Source: a bacterium
GTDB lineage: Bacteria; UBA8248
Assembly (NCBI GenBank): GCA_965219955.1
Contig: OZ244799.1
Location: 1,984,001-2,048,000, forward strand
Length of the DNA stretch: 64,000 nucleotides
Direction: 5' to 3'
The position numbers and the translations under genes are program-made. Below are positions 1-10,672 of this stretch, piece after piece. The notes under the pieces are model-generated. The model was not told where the DNA came from. It saw only the letters and a program-made list of their open reading frames with translations, and did no database searches. Numbering within the stretch: position 1 is the stretch's first letter; every line of letters starts with the position of its first letter.

Positions 1-122
1 CGGCGCTTTATCCGGGCGTCACGGCGATTCTGGCGGCGATGTTTCTGGGCGAGGGCTTCACGCCCGCCAAGGTGGGCGGGCTCGTCTGCGCCGCTCTGGC
101 CGCATTCCTGTTCACGCGCTAG
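1..122 (+). CDS. EamA/DMT family transporter, C-terminal part (truncated by window edge)
   Basis: Frame starting at 3 reads ALYPGVTAILAAMFLGEGFTPAKVGGLVCAALAAFLFTR*, matching the typical EamA C-terminal pattern (YPxVTxxLAxxFLGE). Confidence 0.7.
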   Translation, partial: ALYPGVTAILAAMFLGEGFTPAKVGGLVCAALAAFLFTR

Positions 123-139
123 GTGGATACGCTTAAACC

Positions 140-2287
140 ATGACGACCAAACGCGGACTTCGCATCGGCATCGACACGGGCGGCACGTTCACCGACGTGG
201 TCGGCGTGCGCTCGGACACCGGCGAGGTCTTCACCACCAAGACGCCGACGACGCCCGCCGATTTCAGCGAGGGGCTGATCCAGGGCATCCGGAAAATTCT
301 CTCCGAGACCAAGATCCGCCCCGCCATGGTGAACGGCGTCTTCCACGGCACGACGGTGGCGACGAACGCGATCCTGGAGCGCCGCTTCGAGGACCTGGGC
401 TTCATCGTCACGGGCGGTTTCCGCCACCTGCTGGAGATTGGCGGCGCGAACGGCGCGGGGAAGGCCAATTACGCCGCTCCCCTGCTCGCAAAGCCACGCG
501 ACGCGCTGGTCCGCCCCGAACGGGTCCGGGAAGCCAAAGAGAGAGTCTCCGCATCCGGCGAAGTTCTCGAGTCCCTGAACGAACAGGACGCCCTCAAGCT
601 CGCCAGATGGTTCAAGGGGCAGAAGATCGGCTCCGTGGGGGTCTGCCTGCTCCACGCCTACGCCAACCCGGCGCACGAGGAGTTGATATTAGAGGCCTTC
701 GAGCGCGAATACCCGGAATGTTTCGTGAGCATATCGAGCGAGGTGATACCCGAACCCGGCGAGTACGAGCGCGCCATCACAACGCTTCTCGATGCGTGCA
801 TCAAACCGCGCATCAAGGCGTATGTCGAGAACGCTTCGAAGAAAATCGAGGATACGCTCGGCGGCGCGCCCTTCATGATCATGAAGAGCAACGGCGGCGT
901 CTCCACCGCGCGCGAGATCGCCAAACGGCCGATAAGCACCGTGCTGTCGGGGCCGGCCGCGGGCGCGCTCTCCGCCGCTTTCCTGGGGCAACTCTCGGGG
1001 CATGAGCAGCTCATCACCCTGGACGGGGGCGGCACCTCGACCGACATCGCCGTGGTCGAGGGCGGCGAGGCGAAGCGCGCCACGCGGCATCAGTTGGATG
1101 AGTTTTACTTGAGGATGCCGATGATCGACGTCGTCACCATCGGCACGGGCGGCGGGTCGGTCGCGTGGCGAAGCCCCGAGGGGCGGCTCCGCGTGGGCCC
1201 CAGGAGCGCGGGCGCGGACCCGGGCCCCATCTGCTACGGCAAGGGCGGGGAGGAACCCACCCTCACCGACGCGAACCTGCTCCTCGCACGCAGCCCGCTC
1301 CACCTGGCGGGCGGCGAGGTGAAGCTCAACAAGGCCCTCGCCATGAAGGCCATGCGCGGTCTGGCGCGCGAATTCGACATGAACCCCCACGAGATGGCCT
1401 CGGGCGTGGTCGAGATCGCCGCCTGGAACCAGACCCATGCCGTGCGCCGCGCGACGGTGCAGCGGGGGATTTCTCCCAAGAACTTCGCCCTGATGGCCTT
1501 CGGCGGCTCCGGCCCCCTGACGGCCGGCCTCGTGGCCGAACTGCTCGAGATCGACACCGTCATCGTGCCGCCCTTCGCGGGCATGACGAGCGCGTTCGGG
1601 CTGGAGGTCGTCGACCTGGTGAACGACCACGCGGCGGCGCACTATCAATCCGAAGAAAACGTCCGGCCCGACGCCCTGGGCGACGCGTATGAGAGACTCG
1701 AAGCCCAGGCGGCGGCGGGCCTCGAAAGCGAGGGGGTTCCCGCCCACCGGCGGATGATGCGGCGCACCGCCGAGATGCGCTACCAGGGAGAGGCCACCGA
1801 GATAGAAGTCGACGTGCCCGGCGGCTACCTCACCCCGCCGGTTCTGGCGGAGGCCTTCGAGCGCTTCCACACCCTCTACCAGCGCCGCTACACCTACAAC
1901 CACAAAGGCAGCCGCCCGGTCGAGATCGTGCACCTGCGCGTGACGGGTATCGGCATGACGGAGCCGCCGAACCTGCCCCTCATCTCCGCGGGCGATGACA
2001 GCCCCGAGGAGGCCTACAAGGGCGCGCGCCTCGTCTGGTTCAAGGAGTTGGGCGGATTCCACGACACGCCGGTCTATTACCGGGAAAGACTACTCGAGGG
2101 CAACTACATCCCGGGGCCCGCCATCGTCGAGAGTTTCGGCAGCACCACGGCCATCTTCCCGAGGCAGGAAGCCCGCGTGGACAGGTACGGAAACCTGGTG
2201 ATGCGCTTCCGAGCGCAAGTCTTCGAGCGCGACGAGCGCGCCGGCAGGCCGACGGGCGATCACGGCGTGGGAGCGGCCTGGGGATGA
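140..2287 (+). CDS. Hydantoinase A / 5-oxoprolinase family, ATP-binding subunit
   Basis: IGIDTGGTFTD, HGTTVATNA, SGPAAG, DGGGTSTD and SAGADPGP motifs. Confidence 0.92.
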   Translation: MTTKRGLRIGIDTGGTFTDVVGVRSDTGEVFTTKTPTTPADFSEGLIQGIRKILSETKIRPAMVNGVFHGTTVATNAILERRFEDLGFIVTGGFRHLLEIGGANGAGKANYAAPLLAKPRDALVRPERVREAKERVSASGEVLESLNEQDALKLARWFKGQKIGSVGVCLLHAYANPAHEELILEAFEREYPECFVSISSEVIPEPGEYERAITTLLDACIKPRIKAYVENASKKIEDTLGGAPFMIMKSNGGVSTAREIAKRPISTVLSGPAAGALSAAFLGQLSGHEQLITLDGGGTSTDIAVVEGGEAKRATRHQLDEFYLRMPMIDVVTIGTGGGSVAWRSPEGRLRVGPRSAGADPGPICYGKGGEEPTLTDANLLLARSPLHLAGGEVKLNKALAMKAMRGLAREFDMNPHEMASGVVEIAAWNQTHAVRRATVQRGISPKNFALMAFGGSGPLTAGLVAELLEIDTVIVPPFAGMTSAFGLEVVDLVNDHAAAHYQSEENVRPDALGDAYERLEAQAAAGLESEGVPAHRRMMRRTAEMRYQGEATEIEVDVPGGYLTPPVLAEAFERFHTLYQRRYTYNHKGSRPVEIVHLRVTGIGMTEPPNLPLISAGDDSPEEAYKGARLVWFKELGGFHDTPVYYRERLLEGNYIPGPAIVESFGSTTAIFPRQEARVDRYGNLVMRFRAQVFERDERAGRPTGDHGVGAAWG

Positions 2288-3996
2288 ACGCGAACCCGAT
2301 AGTGAGTGAAATTCTCGCGGGCGCGCTGCGCGCCATCGAAGAAGAGGTCGAGGACCTCCTCGCGCGCATCTGGCGAAGCCCCTCGCTGCGCGACGCAGGC
2401 GATTTTTCCGTCTGCCTGTTCGACCGCTTCGGACGCGCGCTCACCGGGCGGGTGCTCGCCACCGGCCCCGCGCCCGTCATCCGCGCGTATCCCGAGATGG
2501 ACGAGGGCGACGTTTTCCTCCACAACGACCCCTACATGCCCCCCGCGGGTCTGGGAGAAGCCGCTGAGCTCTGCCTCACCCGCCCCCTGTTCGCGGATGG
2601 CGCGCTCATCGCCTTCTTGCAGGTCAGAGGACGCCACGACGACCTGGGCGGCGCGCTGCCCGGCGGGGCGAGCGTCGGCTCGCGCGAGAGCTATCACGAA
2701 GGGGTCCTCATACCGCCGGTGCGGGTCGCGTGTGGGGATGAGACGGTCGAGGACATCAAGACGCTGCTCCTCAGGAACAGCCGCCAGGCCCATCTGTTGG
2801 GTGACGACATCGACGCCCAACTCGGCGCGCTCCGCGTCGGCGCCGCACGCCTTAAAGAGCTGACGAGGCGATACGGGGCGGAGAACCTGACGGCGTGCTT
2901 CGCCGATCTGCTGAGAGAGTGCGAACTCGCGTTCCGCGGCCATCTCATCCCGGAACTCCCCGAAAAAAGCTGGACGGCGCACGCCGCCGTCGAAACAGAC
3001 GGCTTGAACGGCCCCCACGAACTCACGCTCACCCTCACGCGGCGCAAAGACACCCTGCGTATCGGACTGGACGCAGCCCCCCAGGCGCGCGGCCCCATCA
3101 ACTGTCCTCTGGAGGGAGAAGGCGCGCAGTTCCTCACCCGTCTCCTCGCTCCCATGCTCCTCCACCTGCAGGACGATATGAATGAGACTCCCCTGAACGA
3201 CGGGGCCTTGCGGGCATTCCAGGTGCAACTGCCGGAACCGGGCACGATTCTCACCCCCCGCTTCCCGGCGCCGACGGGCCTGAGGGCGCTCACGCTCGCC
3301 AAACTGCTCTCGGCGTTCGGCGAAGCGCTCTTCGAGGCCTCGGGGGGCCGCACGCCCACCGGTTTCGACAACCTGAGGACGCTCAGCTTCTGGGGACACG
3401 ACGAGAAAGGCGGCTTCCACCTGCTGAGAGAAGCCCTGGGCGCAGGCGCGGGCGCGCACACGACGGGAGACGGGGCATCCGCCGTTCCCCCGCTCGGCGC
3501 GACCGGCGGCATGCCCGTCGAGGTGATGGAGGCGCGCTATCCGGTGCGGGTCGAGTCGATGGGATTGGCGCAGGATTCGGGCGGCGCGGGCGCGCGGCGC
3601 GGCGGCCTGGGCGTTTTTCGGGAATACCGCATGCTCATCGACGGCGTTTCGGCGAGCGCGGCGGGAAGCGCCGAAGCCGGCCCCGCAGGCGGCCCGGGCG
3701 CATCGGCCGGAAAGCCCTACGAGATTCGCCATCGCTCGGGAAAAAAGAGCGCGCAGGCTCCAGCAGTCGGCGCGTCAACCGCGTTCTCAAAAGGCGATTC
3801 GATTCGCGTCTCCACTCCCGGCGGCGGCGGATGGGGCGACCCCGGGGAGCGCGACCCCGAGGAAGTGCGGGCCGACGTTCTGCGCGGATTCGTCTCCGCA
3901 AAGGCGGCGGAGGCGGCCTACGGCGTGGTTCTGGGCGGCGCGCCGGGCTTCAAGATCGACGAGGATGCGACCCGAAAGCGCAGGCAGGGAAAATAA
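2284..3996 (+). CDS. Hydantoinase B / oxoprolinase family subunit (divergent metal motifs)
   Basis: HNDPY, HEGVLIPP, PVEVMEARYP, DSGGAG and TPGGGGWGDP motifs; ATGA overlap with upstream subunit. Confidence 0.88.
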   Translation: MNANPIVSEILAGALRAIEEEVEDLLARIWRSPSLRDAGDFSVCLFDRFGRALTGRVLATGPAPVIRAYPEMDEGDVFLHNDPYMPPAGLGEAAELCLTRPLFADGALIAFLQVRGRHDDLGGALPGGASVGSRESYHEGVLIPPVRVACGDETVEDIKTLLLRNSRQAHLLGDDIDAQLGALRVGAARLKELTRRYGAENLTACFADLLRECELAFRGHLIPELPEKSWTAHAAVETDGLNGPHELTLTLTRRKDTLRIGLDAAPQARGPINCPLEGEGAQFLTRLLAPMLLHLQDDMNETPLNDGALRAFQVQLPEPGTILTPRFPAPTGLRALTLAKLLSAFGEALFEASGGRTPTGFDNLRTLSFWGHDEKGGFHLLREALGAGAGAHTTGDGASAVPPLGATGGMPVEVMEARYPVRVESMGLAQDSGGAGARRGGLGVFREYRMLIDGVSASAAGSAEAGPAGGPGASAGKPYEIRHRSGKKSAQAPAVGASTAFSKGDSIRVSTPGGGGWGDPGERDPEEVRADVLRGFVSAKAAEAAYGVVLGGAPGFKIDEDATRKRRQGK

Positions 3997-4149
3997 TTTC
4001 GCACTTTTTCCCCGATGTAGTGGATTCAAGGCGCAAAGGAGGATAAAAACCCTCTGCCGCACTTGGAGCCGCCTATCGTATCGGGTAGAATCCGCCCGCG
4101 CAGGAATCAATGAGCGCACGCAAGGCCTGAGCAAACAATTTTCCCCTAA

Positions 4150-5181
<1,032 letters not shown>

Positions 5182-5195
5182 GAGGCTTCAAGGCA

Positions 5196-6419
5196 ATGGC
5201 GACGATCACGAGCAACATCGAAAACGGCGACCCGAAACTCGGCGTCGAGGACGTCGACGTCGCGGGAAAGCGGGTTTTCCTGCGCGTCGATTTCAACGTG
5301 CCGCTCGACGACCAGGGGCACATCACCGACGATACCCGCATCAGGGCGGCCCTGCCCACCATCAACTATCTTCTGGATGAGGGCGCGCGGGTCGTCATCG
5401 GCTCCCACATCGGCCAGCCGAAGGGGAGGGTCGACCCGAAAAATTCCTTCGCCCCGGTCGCAAAGCGCCTGGCCCGGCTTCTGGAGAAGGAATGCCCCCT
5501 CGCGCCCACTCCCACGGGAGCGGAAACCAGGAGCATGGCGGAGGAGATGAGACCCGGACAGGTGCTCCTGCTGGAGAACCTCCGGTTCCATCCGGGTGAG
5601 GAGAAAAACGACGATAAATTCGCCCGCGATCTCGCCTCGCTGGCGGATATCTACATCGGCGATGCGTTCGGCAACGCCCACCGCAAGCACGCCTCGATGT
5701 CGGCAATCACGAAATTCCTGAACCCCGCCGTCGCCGGTTTTCTGATGATCAAGGAAGTGAGCTACTTGAGCGGCGCGGTGAACAACCCGATGCGCCCCGT
5801 GGTGGCGATTGTCGGGGGCGCGAAGGCGAGCGCCAAAATCGGCATCGTCGAGCGGATACTTCCGAAAATGGACAAGATCATCATCGGGGGCGGCATGGCG
5901 GGTACTTTCCACCGCGCGCTGGGCTACGAGATGGGCAACAGCCTGGTCGAGGAGCACATGATGGAAACGGCGCGCTCGATCATGAACAAGGCGCACGAGC
6001 TGGAGGTGAAGTTCTACCTCCCCAGCGACTACGTGATCGCGGACAAATTCGAGGCTTCGGCCGAAACCAAGGTGGTGCCCGCCCAGGAAGTGCCCGAGGA
6101 GTGGTATGCGCTCGACATCGGCCCCGCCAGCACCACCTTGTTCGGAGAGGTGCTCCAGGACGCGAAAACCATCATCTGGAACGGCCCGATGGGCGTGTTC
6201 GAGGTCGACGCCTTCTCGCGCGGAACGTACGCCATGGTGAACCATGTGGCGAATTCCTATGCGCTGACGATAGTGGGCGGCGGCGATACGGACGTGGCGG
6301 TTCACGCCGCGGGCGAATCTCGCCGCATCTCCTACATCAGCACGGGCGGCGGCGCCTTCCTGGAACTGCTCGAGGGGAAAGAGCTCCCCGGCCTCGCCTC
6401 TCTGACGGACAAAAACTAA
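5196..6419 (+). CDS. pgk: Phosphoglycerate kinase
   Basis: RVDFNVP, LLENLRF, WNGPMGVFE and ISTGGGAFLELLEG motifs; start moved to the ATG at 5196. Confidence 0.97.
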   Translation: MATITSNIENGDPKLGVEDVDVAGKRVFLRVDFNVPLDDQGHITDDTRIRAALPTINYLLDEGARVVIGSHIGQPKGRVDPKNSFAPVAKRLARLLEKECPLAPTPTGAETRSMAEEMRPGQVLLLENLRFHPGEEKNDDKFARDLASLADIYIGDAFGNAHRKHASMSAITKFLNPAVAGFLMIKEVSYLSGAVNNPMRPVVAIVGGAKASAKIGIVERILPKMDKIIIGGGMAGTFHRALGYEMGNSLVEEHMMETARSIMNKAHELEVKFYLPSDYVIADKFEASAETKVVPAQEVPEEWYALDIGPASTTLFGEVLQDAKTIIWNGPMGVFEVDAFSRGTYAMVNHVANSYALTIVGGGDTDVAVHAAGESRRISYISTGGGAFLELLEGKELPGLASLTDKN

Positions 6420-6449
6420 GACACGAAAAAAGAAAAAGAGGAACTCGCG

Positions 6450-7232
6450 ATGCGGCGCGCCCTCGTGGCCGGCAACTGGAAGATGAACAAGACGATCGAC
6501 GAGGCGCGAACCCTTGCGCGCGAAGTGGCCCAAGGCATCGCGGGAGAGAACCCATCCGGCGTTGACGTCCTGCTGGGACCTCCCTATCTCGCCCTCACGG
6601 CGGTGGCGGAAGCGGTCTCGGGGAGCGCGATTGGCGTCGCCGGACAAAACTGTTCCCATCACCCGGACGGCGCATACACCGGCGAGGTGAGCGTCTCGAT
6701 GCTCCGGGACGCGGGCGCCACCCACGTTATCCTCGGACACAGCGAGAGGCGCGAGTTGATGGGAGAAGGCGACGGCCTCATCGCCCGCAAGGCGCGGGCC
6801 GCGAGCGCGGGCGGCCTCACGCCCATCATCTGCCTGGGCGAGCCGTTTACAACGAGAAAAGCCGGAAAGACGCTCGAGCGCATCGCCCACCAGGTGGAGC
6901 ACTCGATTCAGGGCGCGTTCAAATCTCCTCCCCCGGGGGGTTTCATCGTCGCGTACGAACCCGTTTGGGCCATCGGAACGGGCCTCACCGCCACGCCCGA
7001 GCAGGCCCAGGAGGCGCACGCCTTCATCCGCGAGCGGCTCGAGGCGATTTTTGGCTTGGAATGCGCGCAGGAAACGCGTATCTTATACGGAGGCAGCGTG
7101 AAACCGGATAATGCCGCGGAGTTGTTCGCCGGGCCCGACATCGACGGCGGCCTCATCGGCGGGGCGAGCCTGAACAGCGGAGATTTCCTGGAAATCATCC
7201 GCGCCGCGCGGACGGATTCCGCATCGACATGA
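6450..7232 (+). CDS. tpiA: Triosephosphate isomerase
   Basis: AGNWKMN, GHSERR, AYEPVWAIGTG and YGGSV motifs. Confidence 0.98.
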   Translation: MRRALVAGNWKMNKTIDEARTLAREVAQGIAGENPSGVDVLLGPPYLALTAVAEAVSGSAIGVAGQNCSHHPDGAYTGEVSVSMLRDAGATHVILGHSERRELMGEGDGLIARKARAASAGGLTPIICLGEPFTTRKAGKTLERIAHQVEHSIQGAFKSPPPGGFIVAYEPVWAIGTGLTATPEQAQEAHAFIRERLEAIFGLECAQETRILYGGSVKPDNAAELFAGPDIDGGLIGGASLNSGDFLEIIRAARTDSAST

Positions 7233-7245
7233 AAAGAGTGAGAAA

Positions 7246-7554
7246 ATGACGATAGTTTTGACCGTTTTGCATGTGGCCGTGGCGATTTGCCTGATCCTCT
7301 CCGTGCTTCTCCAGGCGGGCAAGGGCGGCGGCATGGGCGCCGCCTTCGGCGGGTCGAGCGACACGATGTTCGGCACGCGGGGGCCGGTGAACTTCCTGAG
7401 CAAGGTCACGACCGGCGCCGCCGTCCTCTTCATGGTGACCTCGCTTCTGCTCACCTACATCGGCTCGCACAACGCCAACCAGGGCGGTTCGATAGTGCCC
7501 AACACACCGCTACAAGCCGCACCCGCAACACCTGCCGCCCCGGAAAAGAAATAG
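7246..7554 (+). CDS. secG: Preprotein translocase subunit SecG
   Basis: VLLQAGKGGGMGAAFGG motif, two TM helices, conserved position after tpiA. Confidence 0.95.
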   Translation: MTIVLTVLHVAVAICLILSVLLQAGKGGGMGAAFGGSSDTMFGTRGPVNFLSKVTTGAAVLFMVTSLLLTYIGSHNANQGGSIVPNTPLQAAPATPAAPEKK

Positions 7555-7596
7555 AGCGAGGCCGACTCCTCTATTCCAGCGTTCTGAGGGCCGACG

Positions 7597-9675
7597 ATGC
7601 TGATCAAGCGCATCCTGCTGCTGCTCCCCATTCTCATCGCGGCCGTGTTGTTCCAGTCCTACTTCTGGGTGCCGACGTTCTCCGACCAGACCAAGGGGGG
7701 CAGCGACGAGCGCCTCCGCCAGTTCATCACCGGCTCCATCGGCGACGCGCAAATCCTGAACCCCATCCTCCACGCCGACACGGCGAGCGGGGCCATCGTC
7801 GATCAGATATTCGAGGGCCTCATCGACAGGGACCGCGACCTCTCCTACCGGGGCCGTCTGGCCGCCTCGTGGAAAATCTACGAAGAGGCGTTCTTCGTGC
7901 CCCATCCCGAGGGGCCGGGAGCGGAGGCCCTGGCGGCGCGCATCGAGCGGGCGCGCGCCGAAGACGGGGCGCAGTGGCTGAAAAACATCGAAAAAATCGA
8001 AGCCGTCGCTCCCGCGGAGCAGAAAACCACCATCCGCACCCCGCCGCCCAAGGGTAAGAAGCAGCCCGGCAAAAAAGAGGTCGTCATCGCCTATCCCGAG
8101 CGGGTGAAGGTGACGCTCAAGAGCGTGGATCAGGACCTCTTCAAGCATCTCGATAAGCTGCTGGGCGAGAGATGGGTCGCCAGGGACCCGGCTGCCCTCA
8201 TCAAGACCAGGCTGCCCGAGAAGCTGCTCCCACTCGCCGCGCGGCGCGTCAAGCTCACCGAGCACAACCCGATCATCATCTTCAAGATCAGGCGCGGCGT
8301 GCGCTTTCACGACGGGCACGAGTTCGACTCCGGCGACGTGCGCTTCACCTACGAAGCCATCCTGAATCCCAAGAACCTCTCCCCCCGGGTGCCGGACTAC
8401 GAACCCGTCAAGCGCGTGGAGACGCCTGACAAGTTCACCGTGAAGATCACCTACAAGCGGCTCTACTCCCCCGCTTTCGGCTCCTGGGGCATGGGGATGC
8501 TGCCCGAACACCTGCTGAACGAGAAAAAACTCGCCGAAGAAGCGAAGCAAAAGGGCAAGGACCCCAAGAAATTCAGCATGCGAGACAGCGCGTTCAACCG
8601 AAAGCCCGTCGGCACCGGGCCGTTCGTCTTCAAGGAATGGCGCTCGGACGAACTTATCCGCCTCGGGCGGAACGAGGGCTACTGGGAGGGGCCGCCCGAG
8701 TACCACGAATACGTCTACAGAATCCTGCCGGACCCCCTCACGCAGGAGATCACCTTCTACGCGGGCACGGTGGACCGCTACGGGGCGGGCGCGCATCAGG
8801 TCGAGCGCCTCAAGAAGGACCCGAGGTTCCAGGTGTTCTCGGGCCTCGGCTTCGGCTACACCTATGTCGGCTACAACATGCGGCGCTGGCCGTTTCAGGA
8901 CGCGCGCGTGCGCCGCGCACTCGGCATGGCGGTGAACACCAAAGAAATTCACCGCTACGTGCTGAATGGCGAGGCCGAGGACATCACGGGGCCCTTCGTG
9001 AAGCAAAGCCCACATTACAACAAAAAAATCAAACTCGTGCCCTACGACCCCAAAGGGGCGGTGCGCCTGCTCCACGAGGCGGGGTTCCGGAAAAAAGACG
9101 GAATCCTGATGAAAGACGGAAAGCCCCTCGCCTTTAACCTCATGACGAACCACGGCAACGAGATCAGGCGCGCCGTCGGCACCGTCGTGCAGGACGCCTG
9201 GAAGAAGATCGGCGTCAAGATCACCTTCTCGCAGGTCGAGTGGGCGGTGTTCATCCGAAAGCACGTCAACCAGCTCAATTTCGACGCGGTCGTCTTAGGC
9301 TGGAGCATGGGCCTGGACCCGGACCTCTACCAGATCTGGCACTCGAGCCAGACGAACAAGGGCCAGCTCAACTTCGTGGGCTATAAAAACCCCAAAGCCG
9401 ACGACCTCATCATCAAGATCCGCCAGGAATACGACCTGGCGAAACAGGTCCGCTACGCGCACGCGCTACACAGCATCATCGCGGCGGATCAGCCCTACAC
9501 GTTCCTCTACGTCGGCAAGTGGACGGCGCTGCTCGACAGGAAAATCGCCATCGCCAGGCGTCTCAGGAGCGGCAAATTACGGCCCGAAAAAATCCGCCCC
9601 ACCATCACGGGGAGCTATTCGTTCGACTTCAACGAGTGGCTCAAATTCCCCCAAATCCCCCGGTTCGAGAACTAA
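7597..9675 (+). CDS. ABC transporter peptide-binding protein (family 5)
   Basis: LNPIL, FHDG..DVRFTY and PVGTGPF motifs, N-terminal anchor, adjacent to OppB/OppC-like permeases. Confidence 0.9.
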   Translation: MLIKRILLLLPILIAAVLFQSYFWVPTFSDQTKGGSDERLRQFITGSIGDAQILNPILHADTASGAIVDQIFEGLIDRDRDLSYRGRLAASWKIYEEAFFVPHPEGPGAEALAARIERARAEDGAQWLKNIEKIEAVAPAEQKTTIRTPPPKGKKQPGKKEVVIAYPERVKVTLKSVDQDLFKHLDKLLGERWVARDPAALIKTRLPEKLLPLAARRVKLTEHNPIIIFKIRRGVRFHDGHEFDSGDVRFTYEAILNPKNLSPRVPDYEPVKRVETPDKFTVKITYKRLYSPAFGSWGMGMLPEHLLNEKKLAEEAKQKGKDPKKFSMRDSAFNRKPVGTGPFVFKEWRSDELIRLGRNEGYWEGPPEYHEYVYRILPDPLTQEITFYAGTVDRYGAGAHQVERLKKDPRFQVFSGLGFGYTYVGYNMRRWPFQDARVRRALGMAVNTKEIHRYVLNGEAEDITGPFVKQSPHYNKKIKLVPYDPKGAVRLLHEAGFRKKDGILMKDGKPLAFNLMTNHGNEIRRAVGTVVQDAWKKIGVKITFSQVEWAVFIRKHVNQLNFDAVVLGWSMGLDPDLYQIWHSSQTNKGQLNFVGYKNPKADDLIIKIRQEYDLAKQVRYAHALHSIIAADQPYTFLYVGKWTALLDRKIAIARRLRSGKLRPEKIRPTITGSYSFDFNEWLKFPQIPRFEN

Positions 9676-9676
9676 C

Positions 9677-10672
9677 GTGGGCGCCTACATCATCCGTACG
9701 AGCCTGTTCAAGCTGGCGACGCTTTTCATCATCTCGGTCGTGAGCTTCCTGATCATCCATCTCGCGCCCGGCGAACCGAGCCAGATCGACCCCCTGAACC
9801 CGCGCTTCACGCAGGAAGACCTCGCGCGCTACCGCGCCGCCTTCGACCTCGACAAGCCGCTTCCGGTGCAATACTGGCGCTTCTACAAGAAATTCTTCAC
9901 CGGCGAACTCACGAGCTTGAAGGACAACCAGCCGGTTTTCGGAAAGATATGGCGGCGCTTCCTCATCAGCCTGCCCCTGTTCATCGTGGGCACCATCATC
10001 ACCTGGTGCCTCTCGTTCCCGCTGGGAATCGCGGGCGCGCTGCGGCGCTACAGCGTTTTCGACCGCTCCACCACCTTCATGAGCTACCTCATGATCTCGA
10101 TGCCGAGCTTCTTCCTGGCCTACATCCTCATCATCGCCGTCGTCCAGGGGTTCACGCTGCCCTTCACCGACTTCCGCGTGCCGGGCCTAGAAGTCTCCGT
10201 CCTGGGAATCGAGACCTTCGGACGCGGCGAGGTTTCTCCCCTGTTCCGGATCAACGACCGCGTATGGCACCTGGTGCTGCCCAGCCTCGTGGGCGCAGTC
10301 GGGGGCATCGCCGTGCTCTCGCGCTACGTGCGCGGCCAGATGATAGAGGTGGTGGATTCGGACTTCATCCGCACGGCCCACTCCAAGGGCCTGGATGAGG
10401 ACACCGTGAACTACGTGCACGTCCTGAGGAACGCGGCCCTTCCCTTCGTCACCATGTTCGGCCTCATCCTGCCGGGGCTGATCGGCGGCTCGGTCATCAT
10501 CGAGAACATCTTCGCGTGGCCCGGCATGGGCCGGCTGGGCTTCGAGGCCGTGCTGGCGCGGGACTACCCGGTGATCCTGAGTCTCAACTTCATCTCCGCC
10601 ATCCTGGTCGTCATCGGCACATTCATCTCGGACGTCCTGCTCGTCGTCGTCGACCCGAGGATCCGCCTATGA
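9677..10672 (+). CDS. ABC peptide transporter permease (OppB/DppB-like)
   Basis: HLAPG, DFIRTAHSKGL, HVLRNA and IENIFAWPGMG motifs. Confidence 0.93.
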   Translation: MGAYIIRTSLFKLATLFIISVVSFLIIHLAPGEPSQIDPLNPRFTQEDLARYRAAFDLDKPLPVQYWRFYKKFFTGELTSLKDNQPVFGKIWRRFLISLPLFIVGTIITWCLSFPLGIAGALRRYSVFDRSTTFMSYLMISMPSFFLAYILIIAVVQGFTLPFTDFRVPGLEVSVLGIETFGRGEVSPLFRINDRVWHLVLPSLVGAVGGIAVLSRYVRGQMIEVVDSDFIRTAHSKGLDEDTVNYVHVLRNAALPFVTMFGLILPGLIGGSVIIENIFAWPGMGRLGFEAVLARDYPVILSLNFISAILVVIGTFISDVLLVVVDPRIRL

